Positions 30,300 to 44,000 of a DNA stretch of 64,000 bases are shown in pieces; position 1 is the stretch's first letter, and each line of letters opens with the position of its first letter. The stretch is from Lama guanicoe (Eukaryota), in NCBI GenBank assembly GCA_013239625.1, contig MU054187.1:10065231-10129230 (forward strand), given 5' to 3'. A model generated the notes under the pieces. It saw nothing but the letters and a program-made list of their open reading frames with translations, made no database searches and was not told the origin of the DNA. A program made the position numbers and the translations under genes.

Positions 30300-30840
30300 A
30301 AATATATGGATTCTTACCTTACACCATTATACAAAAATTAACTCAAAATGGATTAAAGACTTAAATGTAAAAGCTTAAAACTCTTAGAAGAAAATATAAA
30401 GGAAAAATTTTATGACACTGGATTTGGCAATGATTTAATGGCTATGACACCAAAAGCACAGGAAACAAAAGGAAAAATAAATTAGACTACATCAAATTTA
30501 AAAATGTGCATCAAAGGATGTAATCAACAGAGTGAAAGGCAATTTAAGGAATGGGAGAAAATATTTGTACGTCATATATCTGATAAGGAGTTAACATACA
30601 CAGAATATATAAGGAACTCCTATAACTCAACAACAAAAAAAACAATTTGATTTAAATTGGGCAAAGGACTTGAGCAGACATTTCTCCAAAGAAGACAAAT
30701 GGCCAAGGAACATATGGAAAGATGCTCAATATCACTAACCATCAGGGACGTGCAAATCAAAACCACAATGAGCTACTCTTCATAGCCATTAGAATGGCTA
30801 CTGTCAAAAAACAAAAAACAAAACAAAACAGCAATACCAC
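30300..30840 (+). mobile_element. L1 ORF2 fragment
   Basis: tacaaaaattaactcaaaatggattaaagacttaaatgtaa...; ORF-track peptide MLNITNHQGRANQNHNE is an off-frame reading of this L1 segment. Confidence 0.82.
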
Positions 30841-32110
30841 TCAGTGTAGTGGAAAATCTGCAACTTATAGTCAGACCTTTTTATGCACAATTCTTCTGCA
30901 TCTATGATTCCTCCACTTCTGCGATTCAACATTTACAGATTCAACCAACTGTGAACTGTGTAGCACTGCAGTATTGACTACTGAAAAAAGTCCACATATA
31001 AATGGACCTAAACAGAGCTAGCTAAAGTTTCTACAAGTCATTCAAATTAGTAAAAAGTTGACATCAGTATACTTTGACAAGTTACACATGGATAATGTAA
31101 TATGAAGCACAACCATTAAAAAAATCAAATACAGAGATACACTCCAAACTCTAAAGAAAAACCAAAATAGAATTCTAAAAAACTGTTCAAGTAACCCATA
31201 AGAAGGCAGGAAAAGTGACACACTGGAGAAATAACAGAAAACAAAAGTAAAAGGCAGAATTAAGCTCTAACATAACAATATGACATTAAATGTAATGTCT
31301 GGCAGATCAGATTTTAAAAATATGAACTAATCATGCTATCTACATCAAATTTAATGTAATAATCAAATATAACTTCAAAAATAGTGACAGAAGCACAATA
31401 GAAGTAAATGAATAAAAAAGATATAACACAATCAAAAGAAAGCAGGAACAGTCATATCAATATCAAAGTTGCACAAAGAAAATGACCAGAAACAAAGGAC
31501 ATTCATAATGATAAAAAGGTCAATGCCAAAGAACACATAGCAATCCTACATGTGTATGCAACAAAAAAAAGAGCTTCAAAACACACAAAGCAGAAAAGAA
31601 TACAACTCAAAGAAGAAACAGACATATCTATAATTCTAGTTGAAGACTTCATCACCCCTCTCACAATTAATAAAACCAGAAAACATAAACTTCCCCAAAG
31701 ATATAGAAGTAAACACCACCATCAAGCAACAGGATCTAAATGTATAAAGACACTCCATTCAATAACAGAAGAACACACATTCTTTTCAAATGCCCATGAA
31801 TATTCACCAAGCTAGCCTGTATCCTAGGCCAATGAAATAAACTTCAACAAGTTTAAAAGAACTGAAATCATACAGAATGTATTCTCTGGCCACAATGGAA
31901 TAAAACTAGAAATCAAGGAGTGTAATAGCAAAATTTTCAAACACCTGGAAATTAAATAATTTTCTAAACAACCCAGAGATCAAGAGGAAGTCCTGAGTGA
32001 AATTTTAAAAAATAAAAAAATAAAAAACTACACGGAACAAATTTTGTCGGACACAGATAAAATGTGCTAAGAGGGAGATTTACAGCAGTGAATGCTTATA
32101 TTAGAAAAGA

Positions 32111-34400
32111 TCAAGTGGGATTTATTCCTAAGGTGCAAGGATAGTTCAGCATATACAAATCAATGAGTAAGATATATCACATTAACAAAATGAAGGATAA
32201 AAACCATGTATTTCAATATACACAGAAAAAACATTTGATAACATTCAACACCCTTTCATGATAAAAACTCTCCAAAAAATTGGGTATAGAAATAATGTAC
32301 CTCAACATAATAAAGACCATATATAACAAGCCTACAACTAACATCATACTCAATGGTTAAAAGTTGAAAGCTTTACCTATAAGCTCAGTAACAAGATAAG
32401 GATGCCCTCTCTTGCCAACTCCATTCAACACAGTACTGAACATTCTAGCCAGAGTTATTAGGCAAGAAAAAGAAATAAAAGGCATCCAAAATGGAAAAGA
32501 AGTAAAACTGTCTGTTTGCTCTTAAAGAGACTCCACCCGAGACTGCACCCAAGAACTGCTAGAATAAAAGAATTCAGTAAAGTTCCAAGATACAAAATCA
32601 ATATACAGAAATTAGTTGTGCTTCTATACATTAACAATGAACTATCAGAAAATTTTCTAAGAAACCAACCTCATTTATAATGACATCAAAAACTAAAATA
32701 TTTAGGAATAAATTTAACTAAGGAGGTGAAAGATCTGTACACTGAAAACTGTTAAGACATTGATGGAAAAAACCACAGAAGACACAAACCAACAGAAATG
32801 TATTCCATGTTCATGGATTGGAAGAATTAAATAGTGTTAAAATGTCCATACCACCCAAAGCAATCCACAGATTCAATGCAATGCCTATCAAAATTCCAAT
32901 CGCATTTTTCACAGAAATAGAAAAGACAATCCTGAAATTTAAATGGAACCAAAAAGACCCTGAATAGTCAAAGCAATTTTGAGAAAGAACAAAGCTGGAG
33001 TCATCATACTTTTTGATCTCAAACTATATTATAAAGCTATAGTAACCCAAAACAGTCTGCTATCAGCATAACAACAAACAGATCAAAGAAACAGATTTGA
33101 GAGTCCAGAAATAAGCCCATGCATAAACCACAGCAATTAATCTTTGACGAAGGATCCAAGAATATGCAGTGAAGGAAGGATAGTCTCTTCAAGAAATTTG
33201 TGTTGAAAAAACTTGAGTCATATTCAGAAGAATGAAACTGAACCCCTATCTTACACTATACACAAAAATCAACTCAAAATAAAAATGGATTAAAGATGGA
33301 ATGTAGACATGAAACTGTCAAACTCCTGGAAGAAAACAGAGGGTTATAAGCTTCTTAACATTGGTCTTGTCAATGATTTTTTTTTATTTGACATCAAAAG
33401 CAAAGGCAACAAAAGAAAAAACAAACAAGTGGGACTACAGCTTACTAAGAAGCTTCTGCACAGTAAAGGAAACCACCAATAAAATGAAAGCAATCTATGG
33501 AATGGGAGAAAATATTTGCAAACTACGTATCTGATAAGGTGTTAATATCCAAAATATACAAGGAACTCATACAACTCAATAGCAAAAAAAAAAAATCTGA
33601 TTTAAAAATGGACAAAAGACCTAAATAGACATTTTTCCAAAGATGACACACAAATGGCCTACAGGTACATGAAAAGGTACACATCACTAATCATTAGGGA
33701 AATGCAAATCAAAACCACAATGAAATATCACCTCATACCTATTAGGATGTCTATTATCAAAAAGATAACTGATAACAAATGCTGGCAAGGATGTGGACAA
33801 AAGGGAACCTTGGTGTACTGTAGGTGGGAATATAAACTGGTACAGTCACTATGGAAAACTGTACGATGGTTCCTCAAGAAATAAAGAACAGAACTACCAT
33901 ATGATCCAGAAATTCTACTTCTGCACATACATCCAAAGGAAACAAAATAATTATCTCAAAGAGATAGCTGTACTCCATATTATTTACAATAGCCAAGATA
34001 TAGAAACAACCTAAGTGTCCACCACAGATAAATGGATAAAGATGTGGTACATAAATACAATAGGATATTTTTCAGCCTCACGACAACATGGATGAAGCTG
34101 GAGGGCACTGTGCTAAGTAAAATAAACCAGATAGAGAAAGACAAATATTGCATGGTATCACTTATATATGTGGAATCTAAAAAAAAATTAAACTCACAGA
34201 AACAGACAATAGAATGGTGGTTGCTGGGGGCTGGGGTTGAGGAAAATCTGGAGGTGATGTTGGTGAAAGGGTACAAGCTTTCAGTTGTAAGACGAATAAA
34301 GTATGAAGACCTAACACATAACGTGGTCACTACAGCTGATAACACTGTATTGTGTAACAGAAATTTGCTAAGAGAATAGAACTTAAGTGTTCTTGCCAAT
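32111..34400 (+). mobile_element. Younger L1 (L1MA-type) 3' 2.3 kb nested in the older L1
   Basis: ORF2 C-terminal peptide 33654..33884 ([20 protein letters not shown]...KCWQGC...[10 protein letters not shown]); L1MA9/10-like 3' UTR (gggtacaagctttcagttgtaag). Confidence 0.85.
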
Positions 34401-35008
34401 CAATTTCAGCACTTTTTTTTTTTTTAGAGAGAGAAAAGTTTTCAAATCTAAATTCCCATCTTAAGAAAGCAGAAGAGGCCAAATACACCTAAAGCAAACA
34501 GGTAAAATAAGATGTGAGAAGAAATCAATGAAACTGAAAACAGAAAAATAGAAAAAAAATGATTGAAAAAAAGCTAGTTCTTTGAAAAAAATTTTTAAAT
34601 TAACGAACTTCCAGCAAGATTGGTAAGACACAAATCACCAATATCTGAAATAAAAGAGGTATGACTACAAACACAAGTCATTAAAGAGACTAACACAAAA
34701 AACTCTATACGCATAAATTTGACAACTGAGGTGAAATGAACCAATTTTGCAAAAAAAGTACAAACTACCACAATTCACCCAATATGAAATAATTTAACTA
34801 GTTCTACAACTATTAAAGACATTAAATTCCTGGTTTAAACCAGAAATGAAATCTCCAGGACCAGATGGTTCCACTGGAGAATTCTACCACATGTTTATAG
34901 AAAAACTTAACACCAATTCTACACAATCTCTTTCAGAAAATGGAGGAGGATAGAACACTTTTCAACTCATTTTATGAGGTCAGTATTATCCTGATAACAA
35001 AACTAGAC

Positions 35009-35686
35009 TGTTGTTTAATCAAGAATTTGGTTGGTCTTTGTCCCTGGCACTGGGAGGGAGCCTCCAAACCCTTGAAATTTCCCAGTTAAAGGAGCATTTT
35101 TTTTAACTCATGGTGAGCCTCAAGGACAGTTTCAGGATAGGGGCTAGCCAGGCTGGAAAGACCAACTATGTGGCTTTGAGGCACATGATCTCAGCCTGAC
35201 CTCCAGGGAGGGGAGGAGGGATCACAGATTGGGTTCAATCGTGTCGCCAGTGATTCAATCAATCAGCCCTACATAGTGAAAACCCCAACAAAAACTCTGG
35301 ACACCCAAAACTGGGGTGAGTTTCCCTGGTTGGTGATACACACTCATGTGGCAGAAAGGTGGTGCATCCTGAGAAAGCCTTGCATTTGGGGCTCTCCCAG
35401 ATCTTGCCCTTGGGTCTCTTAGATGGTCCTGATTTGTACCCTTCATAATAACAATATAATCCTAAGTACAGCACTTTTCTGAGTTCTGTGAGTTGTTCTA
35501 ACAAAACTGCGGGGATAGTGGGAACCCTCAGTTTGTAGCCAGTTGGCTAGAAGTGTGAGTGGCCTGGAAACTCTGAACCCTGGGGCTGGTGTCTGAAGCA
35601 AGGAGTTTTGTGTAGGTTGGAGAACTGTGTCCCTAACCTGTCAAATCTGACCTGACCCCAAGTTGCTAGTGTCAAATTACACTGCA
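35009..35686 (+). mobile_element. MER21-like solo LTR inserted in L1 ORF2
   Basis: TG start; TTGGTCTTTGTCCC...AAACCCTTGAAATTTCC...TTCAATCAATCA...TTCTGAGTTCTGTGAGT motifs; L1 text aaaactagac|...|caaagtacagaaaa flanks it. Confidence 0.72.
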
Positions 35687-37439
35687 CAAAGTACAGAAAA
35701 AGAAAATACAGACCAAGATCACTCATGAATAAAGATATAAAAATCCTCAACAAAATATATCAAATAGAATCTAGCAATCTATAGGAAGAATTATACATCA
35801 TGACCAAAATGAGATTTATTCCAAGGATTCAAGGCTAATTTAGTACTTAAAAAAAAAATCAGCCACTGTAATCTACCATGTAAACAGGCAAAAGAAAAAT
35901 CACATGATCATATCAACTGATTTAGAAAACGCATCTGACAATATTCAACATCCATTCATTATAAACACTCCCAGCAACCTAGCCATAGGAAAGGAATTTC
36001 CTCAACTTTTAAGAGTAGCTACAAAAAACCTACAGCTAAGACCAAATTTAATCGTAAAAAATGGAATGCTTTTCCCCAAGATCTGGAACAAGGTAAGAAA
36101 GGCTATTATTACCACTTCTATTTAACTTCGTACTGAACGTCCCAGTCAGGCCAATAGGCAAGAGAAAGAAATAAAAGTCATGCAGATTGCAAAGAAAGAG
36201 ATATAACTGTTCTTATTCACAAATGACGTACCTAAGTAAAATTTCAAGAAATCTAGAAGAAGAAAAACACTTAGAACTTAAATCCATTTATTTTGCAAGG
36301 TCTTAACACACAGAAATAAATCAAATTTTTATATACTAGCAATAAACTGGAAACCAAAATTTAAAAAAAATACTATTTTTAATAGCTCCCCTCAAAGTGA
36401 AATTCTTGAGTATAAACCTAACAAAGCACGTACGGGATGTATACTGAAGGAAATCAAAGAACTAAAGAATAGGAGAGACATATAACATGCATTGACTGGA
36501 AGACTCAAAACAGTAAAGATATCAGTTCTCTCCAAATTGATCTACATATTTAACCTATTGCCAATCACAATCCAGCAGAATCTTCTGTATATAGATACGG
36601 GGATTCTTAAATATAGAAAGAAAAGCAATGCAACTAGACTAGACAAAGCAATTCTGATAAAGAATAAAGTGGGAAGAAACAGTATCTGATTTTAAGACTT
36701 CAAAGTTACAATCACCAAAACGATGGACCTGGAGATTGTCATTCTAAGTGAAGTTAAGCCAGAAAGAGAAAGAAAAAAATACCAAATGCTATCACTTATA
36801 TGTGGAATCTTAAAAAGAAAAAATGCATAGAAAAATACACATGTATCTGCCTGACTTCTTAAGCAGAACACAGAATAAAGAGATCTTTTGCATGATGGAC
36901 TCAAGGCTGCCATTATGAACACAAAGTATAGAAACAGCCTCAAGATTCACAGAAATGTACCGAACAACATTTTCATATAGTGCTGTGCGTTGATGGTTTG
37001 TTATACACGTTACCCTTTCTTTTATTAGCAGTGCCTTTCTTTCTATGGATGCGCTCCTTTCCCATTTTGTAATTTGCTACTTGTAAACAGTTTTGTGACT
37101 AAGGGTGCAGTTCATTAAGCCAAAGGCGTTCATATTCCAAATCTACCAAACACAACTCTAACCTCAGTTTCTTTCTTTACAAAATACAAATAATAGCACC
37201 TAAGTACATAGGGTATAGGGTTTTCACGACTGAGATAAAGCAAATGAAGTATTTAATTGGCACAGAACTTGACATACAGTAAACATTCAATAAATGTTAG
37301 CTATTCCTTTCCTACTACTGTCTTAAAAATTAAATAGCTCAATTTTTTGAAGAATACATCTGTTCATGTGTATGTACATGTATGTAGAATAAAGTCTAGA
37401 AAAAATACCTCAAAAAGCTAACTGTTTCAATGAAATAAC

Positions 37440-38070
37440 AGTTCCTATCAACTAGGATGGCTAAAATCAAAAAGACAGACAGTAACAAGTGCTGTCAAGG
37501 ATGTATGCAGCCACTTTGGAAAACAAACTTAGATTCTTAAAAAGTTAAACATAAAGTTTTCATATGATCCAGCAATTCCACTCCTAGGTAGCAATAATAA
37601 ATATAAAATTAGGCCTGCATAAAGACTTTTACACAAATATTCACAGCAGCATTATTCACTAAACTCAAATGCTCATCAACTGTGAACAGATAAACAAATT
37701 GTGGTATATCCACAGTATAGAATACTATTCAGCAGTAAGAAGACATAAAACATCGATACATGCCACAACAAGATTGAACCTCAAAACATTATGCTGAGTG
37801 AAAGACACAGAAGAGCACATATATATGACTGATAGTCATATGAAATGTCCAGAAAAGGCAGACACAGAAAGCAGTATAGTGGATGCCTGGAGCTGGGGAT
37901 GGCAACAGGGATTAACTGTAAATGGGCACTAGGGTTCTTACTGGGGTGATGAAAATGTTCTACAACTGGATTATGGTGATGCTGCAAAACATCATGAAGT
38001 TTACTAAAGATCATTACATTTAAAATGGGCATACTTTATAGACTGTAGATTTTAATCTCCATAAAGTTCT
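37440..38070 (+). mobile_element. Old L1M 3' end
   Basis: actaggatggctaaaatcaaaaagacagac...catatgatccagcaattccactcctagg...gggtgatgaaaatgttctac. Confidence 0.78.
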
Positions 38071-38222
38071 TTTGTAAAGGTAACAATGGTTATCTCCATT
38101 GATGTGGGTGATTTTTTCCCCCAGTTTTACTTGTGAAAATGGTTTGAAGAAAATAATTAGTTCATTTAAAAAAAAAATGCCAAATGTATTAGATTTATGT
38201 GCAATTAAAAGTAAACTGAGTA

Positions 38223-38432
38223 GTATGGAGATGCCTTAAAAAACTAAAAACAGAGTTACCATATGATCCAACAAACCCACTCCTGGGCATATATGGGGAG
38301 AAAACACCAATTCGAAAAGACACATGCACCCCAACATTCACAGTAGCACTATTTACAATAGCCACGACATGGAAGCAACCTAAATGTCCATCAACAGATG
38401 ACTAACGAAGTTGTGACACATACACAGAAATA

Positions 38433-38466
<34 letters not shown>

Positions 38467-38879
38467 ATGGAATACTACTCAGCCATAAAAAAGAATGAAA
38501 TAATGCCATTTGCAGCAACATGGACAGACCTAAAGATTATCATACTAAGTGAAGTAAGTCTAAGACAAGTATCATATCATTTACATGTGGAATCTTAAAA
38601 AATTACACTAATGAACTTATTTACAAAGCAGAAACAGACTCACATAGAAAACAAACTTGCAGTTACCAAAGTGGGGAAGGGATAAATCAGGAGTTTGGGA
38701 TTAGCCAATACAAACTGCTATATATAGAATAAACAAGGTCCTACTGTATAGCACAGGGAACTACACGCAACAGCTGTAATAATCTATAACAAAAAATATA
38801 CATGTATAACTGAATACCAGCTACATACCAGAAACTAACACAACACCATAAATCAACTATACTTCAATTAAAAAAAGAA
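38223..38879 (+). mobile_element. Cetartiodactyl-type L1 3' end, 5'-truncated, with 16-bp TSD and internal (CA)n
   Basis: TSD aaaagtaaactgagta at 38207-38222 and 38880-38895, TT|AAAA target; MEYYSAIKKNEIMPFAATW peptide; ctactgtatagcacagggaac motif. Confidence 0.9.
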
Positions 38880-39393
38880 AAAAGTAAACTGAGTAAAGGA
38901 CAAGGACTCTCCTCTGAATAAAGTGCTTGGCCTTAATGATACCTACTTTGTCTGCTTGTATTTTTATTGATCACTTGATTTCTTACCAAGGTATAAATAG
39001 ATGAGGGTTATGGAACAGCTGATTAAGTGAAGTCTCACTGTATACCTTTTTGGATTCAAAGTTGAGAAAAGAATTAACTACTCCACATGCACTTTTCTAA
39101 ATATAATTCCAGAGGTAATTCTGTAATATGAAATGCTTTAAAACCTGTCCTTTACAATCTTGCCTAAATGAGGAGGTAACACAGGCCCTGTAGACTAATG
39201 TGGTTATATCAAGTCTAAGTCTAAGCAAAACAAAAAATATCAGAAGTAGAAAACACAAACCTTTCAAATATTTGGGCCGAAGACTATTTTTTAAAGAGGC
39301 TTCTCAAGACTCGTGAACCCTAAAGCTTCAAAATAAATCCTTTCTACATTTATGAGACCAGCCAAAGACAGCGTTTGATTGTTTAAACATACA

Positions 39394-39600
39394 CAGTTGA
39401 CCCTTGAACAACATGGGTTTGAAATGCACAGGTCCACATGCATAGATTTTTTTTTTTTAAACACACACTGCAGTACTACATGACCCAAGGATGGCTGAAT
39501 CCAAGGATGCAGAACCATGGTATATGGAGGACTGGCTGTAAAGTTACACTGATTTTCAACTGCTTGGAGGGTGGGTGCCACTAACCCCCACACTGTTCAA
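39394..39600. mobile_element. Tigger2-family MITE (opposite orientation, partial)
   Basis: CAGTTGACCCTTGAACAACATGGGTTTGAA start. Confidence 0.75.
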
Positions 39601-39666
39601 ATACATGCTATACTAAAAATGGAAGCGCAAATAAATCAAACTGGGTCTGAAAAGTTAGGTTAAAGG

Positions 39667-40050
39667 ATTATTAAGTTTCCTAGGGCTGCTTCAACAAATT
39701 ACCACTAATTTGGTGGTTTAAAACAACAGAAATGCCTTCTCTCTCGGTTCTGGAGGCCATAGGCTGAATTCAAGGTGTTAGCAGAGCCATTCTTCAGTGG
39801 AGGCTCCAGGGAAGAATCCCTTCTTGTCCCTTCCGAGTTTTTGGTAACACCTGGTGCTCCTTGGCTTATGACAGCGCAACTCCAATCTCTGCCTGCCTCC
39901 CTTCTCACATGGCTTTCTTCCTTTGTGTGTCTCTGTGTGTCCCGTCCTCTACATATAAGGGCACCAGTCACTGGATTTAGGACCACCCTTAAATCCAAGA
40001 TAATTTCACCTGGAGATCCCTCATTAACTACAACTCAAAGATCCTGTCCC
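39667..40050 (-). mobile_element. MLT1 (MLT1C-like) LTR
   Basis: tttcctagggctgc...aacaaattaccac...ggtggtttaaaacaacagaaatg...tctggaggc. Confidence 0.78.
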
Positions 40051-40339
40051 AGAAAGGAACCAGACCAATTGTTTATTGTAATTAAAACTATGTAAAAGGC
40101 TAATTTCTCTTAGGGGAAAAAACCCTCACTGAAAAAAAAACCAAAAAAACTCCTTAAATTTGAAATTGTTTTGTGCCTTCTCAGTAGAAAATGTCCAATT
40201 AATTTAATTGTGTCCTTTTCTCAGTAGAAAATATCCTATTACATCATCAAGAAATTCAATCATTTAAAAATTCTAAAATGCATGTAAAGAGTTCAACGAA
40301 AATGTTTTACTATATAAACTGTTTTCCCAAAGGCTGTTT

Positions 40340-41020
40340 CTCTCCTGGAGTTCCTCATCACAGTGAATGCCTGCTCCAACAACCGTGTAGCTCTGGCTAC
40401 AATTGTCACGTAACCAACCAACCCACCATCATCAAGTCCTGTTGGCTCCTTTAGAATATACTCCAAATGCAACCAATTCTCATTCCCTCCACCACCAACA
40501 GCCTAGTTTAAATCACCATCATCTCTGGCCAAAGTGAGCCTTTTAAAATGTAAATCTGCTTTGTCACTCCTGCAAAACTCTCCAGTGACTTCCATCACAG
40601 ATGCAACAGAACCCAAAGTTGTCCTCTTCTCCTGGCTCCCCTCCTTCTCCCCCTCCCTCAACCACACAAACTCCCTTTCATCCTGGAAGGTACCAGGCAC
40701 ACGCGTCTTGCTGTTCCCTCTGTTTCAGGTATTTCAAAGGCTGCACCTCTCTCTTTTGTCATTTCTCTGCTGAAATGTCATCTCAAGGAAAGGCCTCTCC
40801 TGACAACCCTACCTAAAGTTGCACTTCTGGTCATTCTCCCTTTACCTTTCTTAACTATTCCTTCAGATAATAAGAATCTGACAATATATTAGCTTGTTTT
40901 TTTATTTTTTCCTAGTGTCAGCCTCAACACACTAGAAATTAGGTTCCATGAAAGCATATTGGTTCACTGTCAAATGCCCAGCACTGAAACAATATCTGGC
41001 ACGTATCTGAATGAAGAATA
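40340..41020 (+). mobile_element. L2 LINE 3' fragment
   Basis: atcaccatcatctct...ttttaaaatgtaaatctg...aaatgtcatctca...ggttcactg..cccagcac; boundaries approximate. Confidence 0.65.
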
Positions 41021-44000
41021 TACCTAATTTTAAATGACAACAATAATTTGTTCATATATTCTCCCTTTTCGAATATCCCCTCCTCCACTTTGTGAGGAAT
41101 ATTTTGACAAATATTTCCCCCAATTATTTCCCATTCATAATGCATTTTTTATTCTGGTTGAAAAAAACAATTACCAACAGAAGTTTCTCTACAAGTTAAA
41201 CACTATCAATAGAGACCAAGCAGTTGCCTGCCATTAAATGGAATGAGAAAGAAAGAACCAGAAAGCAAAGAGTCCTCCGATCTTGACACCATTCTTTCCA
41301 ACTACTCATTTCTGACTTTCTCCTTCCCACACTGTCAGCAGGACTCCTGCTTTACAAAAACACAATAACTCTTCTCAAGAATGGTTTCATTAGTCGTTAG
41401 GGCTATTCTGTCTGCTTTGCCCATCTTTCCCTTGAATACTGTCCCGAAGTAAATCCTAAGGAACAATGTTTCCTAGAGATGCTAAGAGACACTGAAAAGG
41501 GTCAAACGGATTTAGGAAAATCTTCGTAAAGCAAAACTGAAGAAGTTTTTTTCCCGTAGAGGACTCTTCAGAATCTTAACTATGCTAATGTGCACTATAA
41601 ATCTCTACAACGGAAAGAGTATCCACTGTAACACAAACTTATTTTTCAAACTCAAACCTAACAAAATTTTTCTTTCAGTCATTTCATTCATTATGCCCTT
41701 TGCTCCTGGCTATCTCAAAAATTCTGGCAGCCTGGCTTACGAAAAACACCTTTTATTTTGGATACCAAAGAAGGCTTAAAAGGAGACTTGTTAATGGATT
41801 TAAATTATAATTAAGATGTTCACTGACTACAGGCTTTTATTGGGAGTCATTTTTTTGTAAATAGTCAAGAATAACAAAAGTTAGTAAAATTACCAAAAAT
41901 AGCATAAAACTGGGGTCAAAAGTATTCAAGTAATTTTCCCTCCATCCATATATCGCTTTTTATAACTCCACTAGCCAAAACAAGGGTAAGATTAGAGGGA
42001 CAGAGGAAACAAGTTTTGTTAAGTTTTTAGCCTAAATATCATGTTTACATTTCTGAAGACTAATTATAGATATCAGATTCATAAGAAAACTGTATCAGCA
42101 GGATCACTTTAGAACATGATGAACACAAATTCACACCCTGTCTGATGCAGAAATTTCTTTCCTAACAGTCCCTCTTTTTCTCCTTCATTCTCCCGTGTCT
42201 CTGCTGGAACCCACCCTTATTGCTGCCTCTGCTGCCTCCCTCGCCTCTAGCCTTTTATTGGTCACCTTTTTCACTCCTATCCTGTCGGTGCCAGCTTCCA
42301 ACCTTGAATTCATTCATCCTAAAGTTTGCAGAGTATCTTCATAGATACCTGATGTTAGAGGCAGAAGTTGAACTAGTCATAGCCCTAACATCAAAGGAAC
42401 TCTTGAAACTTAAGGGCCTGCTTGGAATACGGCCCAACTGCACCCTCCCTGTGAGACAATCAGTGCTACCTTCAAGCCCAATCCCTCAACAATCCTAAAT
42501 TCTTTGAAACTAAAAATAGCTCAGCTGTTGTCTCATCTGCCAGCAGATGGCTAGACTATTTTTAATTCAGGATTCTAGAGAGCAGGAATGGATCAAGCTA
42601 AGCTAGGGCAGCCTGGAGGCCCTCACTCTGCAGAGTTCTGTGTTTGCTGCAGAAAGCTGTAGTGGGGCAGGTACCAAGAGAGGGCAACCTGGAGCTGTTC
42701 TTGGGCTTGTGGGCGTCACACTGATGCTAACAAAATAGGTGTGAGGAGGTTTCCTTTTTTTGTTTTTGAACCATTCTTTACTTCAAAATACAGTCTGAAA
42801 TGTAATAAAAGTCTGATAATTCAATAAAAGTTTTAAATAATATGCTTTAAAGGTTTCATTATTTTTCTTTTTGTTAAAATAAAAGTTCCTTTATGTAGTA
42901 TCTTCAAGACTGGATTTTGTTTTAATAAGGTAAAATCTCCCTTAATCTAGGTAAGGCTTCCTAAAAGCTATACTTTAACGAGAAAAATACAGTTTCCTTA
43001 AGAACGTGAGATGAACTATAATCTTATGAGTATTAGTTACAGAAAACCTATTTGTAATGAACCATTATGTTAAAAGGTAACTGCATTAATTTCGAATGCC
43101 GGTGCTCTGATATCTACTCACACACCAATAAAATGACTTTAAAACACAAAAGGATTAAAAGTCTGGATATAACAATACTATATAGTTTCTTGTTTATTGT
43201 CCATTTCCCTTCAACTCCATGGTATAAGTGCTCAGTAAAAATGGAAGGGGCTGGTGTGGGGAATGAATGCAGGCAGGTGTGTTTAGAAAGGTAATTTACA
43301 AACCAGATTTGTAAGGGTTTTAACAACCCCCACCTTTCTACCACTACCAGCCAATTTCCACCCACTCACAACCTGCAGATTAGGGATGACCAACCAGGAC
43401 ATTCCAGTTAACTTTCTATTCAGATTATCAAGAGACTGAAGTGGGCCTGGCCCAGGTCTTAATAATGAAGAGGAAAAGGGAGGTCTATAAAAGTTTCCAG
43501 GAATATATCTGGGGATACCACCTACTCCAAGCCATCACACTCTCTGCAAAGATAAAATGGGTTATCCCCATCAACTTATGTTTGCGTGATAATGTAGGCG
43601 AATAACTAGAAGGGAAGAAACAAAGATCCTCAGAGATTAACCACCATTAACTATCAAGGAGATTTTGTAGAAGACTAAATGTAACCCATGAAATATGAGG
43701 AAAAAGCCCTACATCTCAAGTAAAGAAAGTACTCTGGTGCCTAGTCCCTGCCTGAGTAGTCACAATACTCTTAATAAACTTCTGCTAACTATATGAAAAG
43801 AGCAAAAAAGTAAAAACTGGCAAAATCCGAATTAGACAATTTTGGTACAGCTGGCACACACACTACAAGTCGTCCCAGAGTCTAGAAATAGCAAGGACCA
43901 AACTATATCCCTCTAAAGATGCCCATCAAGATTGGCAGGAATACTCTCAATGCACAAGTTAACAGAACAGTGTGTCCACACGTTCATAGCACATTAGAGG

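Larger units (their letters stand above)
31020..36720 (+). mobile_element. Old L1M (inter-ORF and ORF2 EN/RT) fragmented by a nested L1MA and an LTR
   Basis: EN-like peptide 31552..31815 (SIILVEDFITPL...EEHTFFSNAH); RT-like 35904..36125 (MIISTDLENASDNIQHPF); sequence resumes across both inserts. Confidence 0.8.

Noticed and set aside
31552..36689. Endonuclease/reverse-transcriptase-like ORFs as an active or novel retroelement
   Set aside because: Short, frameshifted fragments of decayed L1 ORF2; the same applies to 51139-52812.
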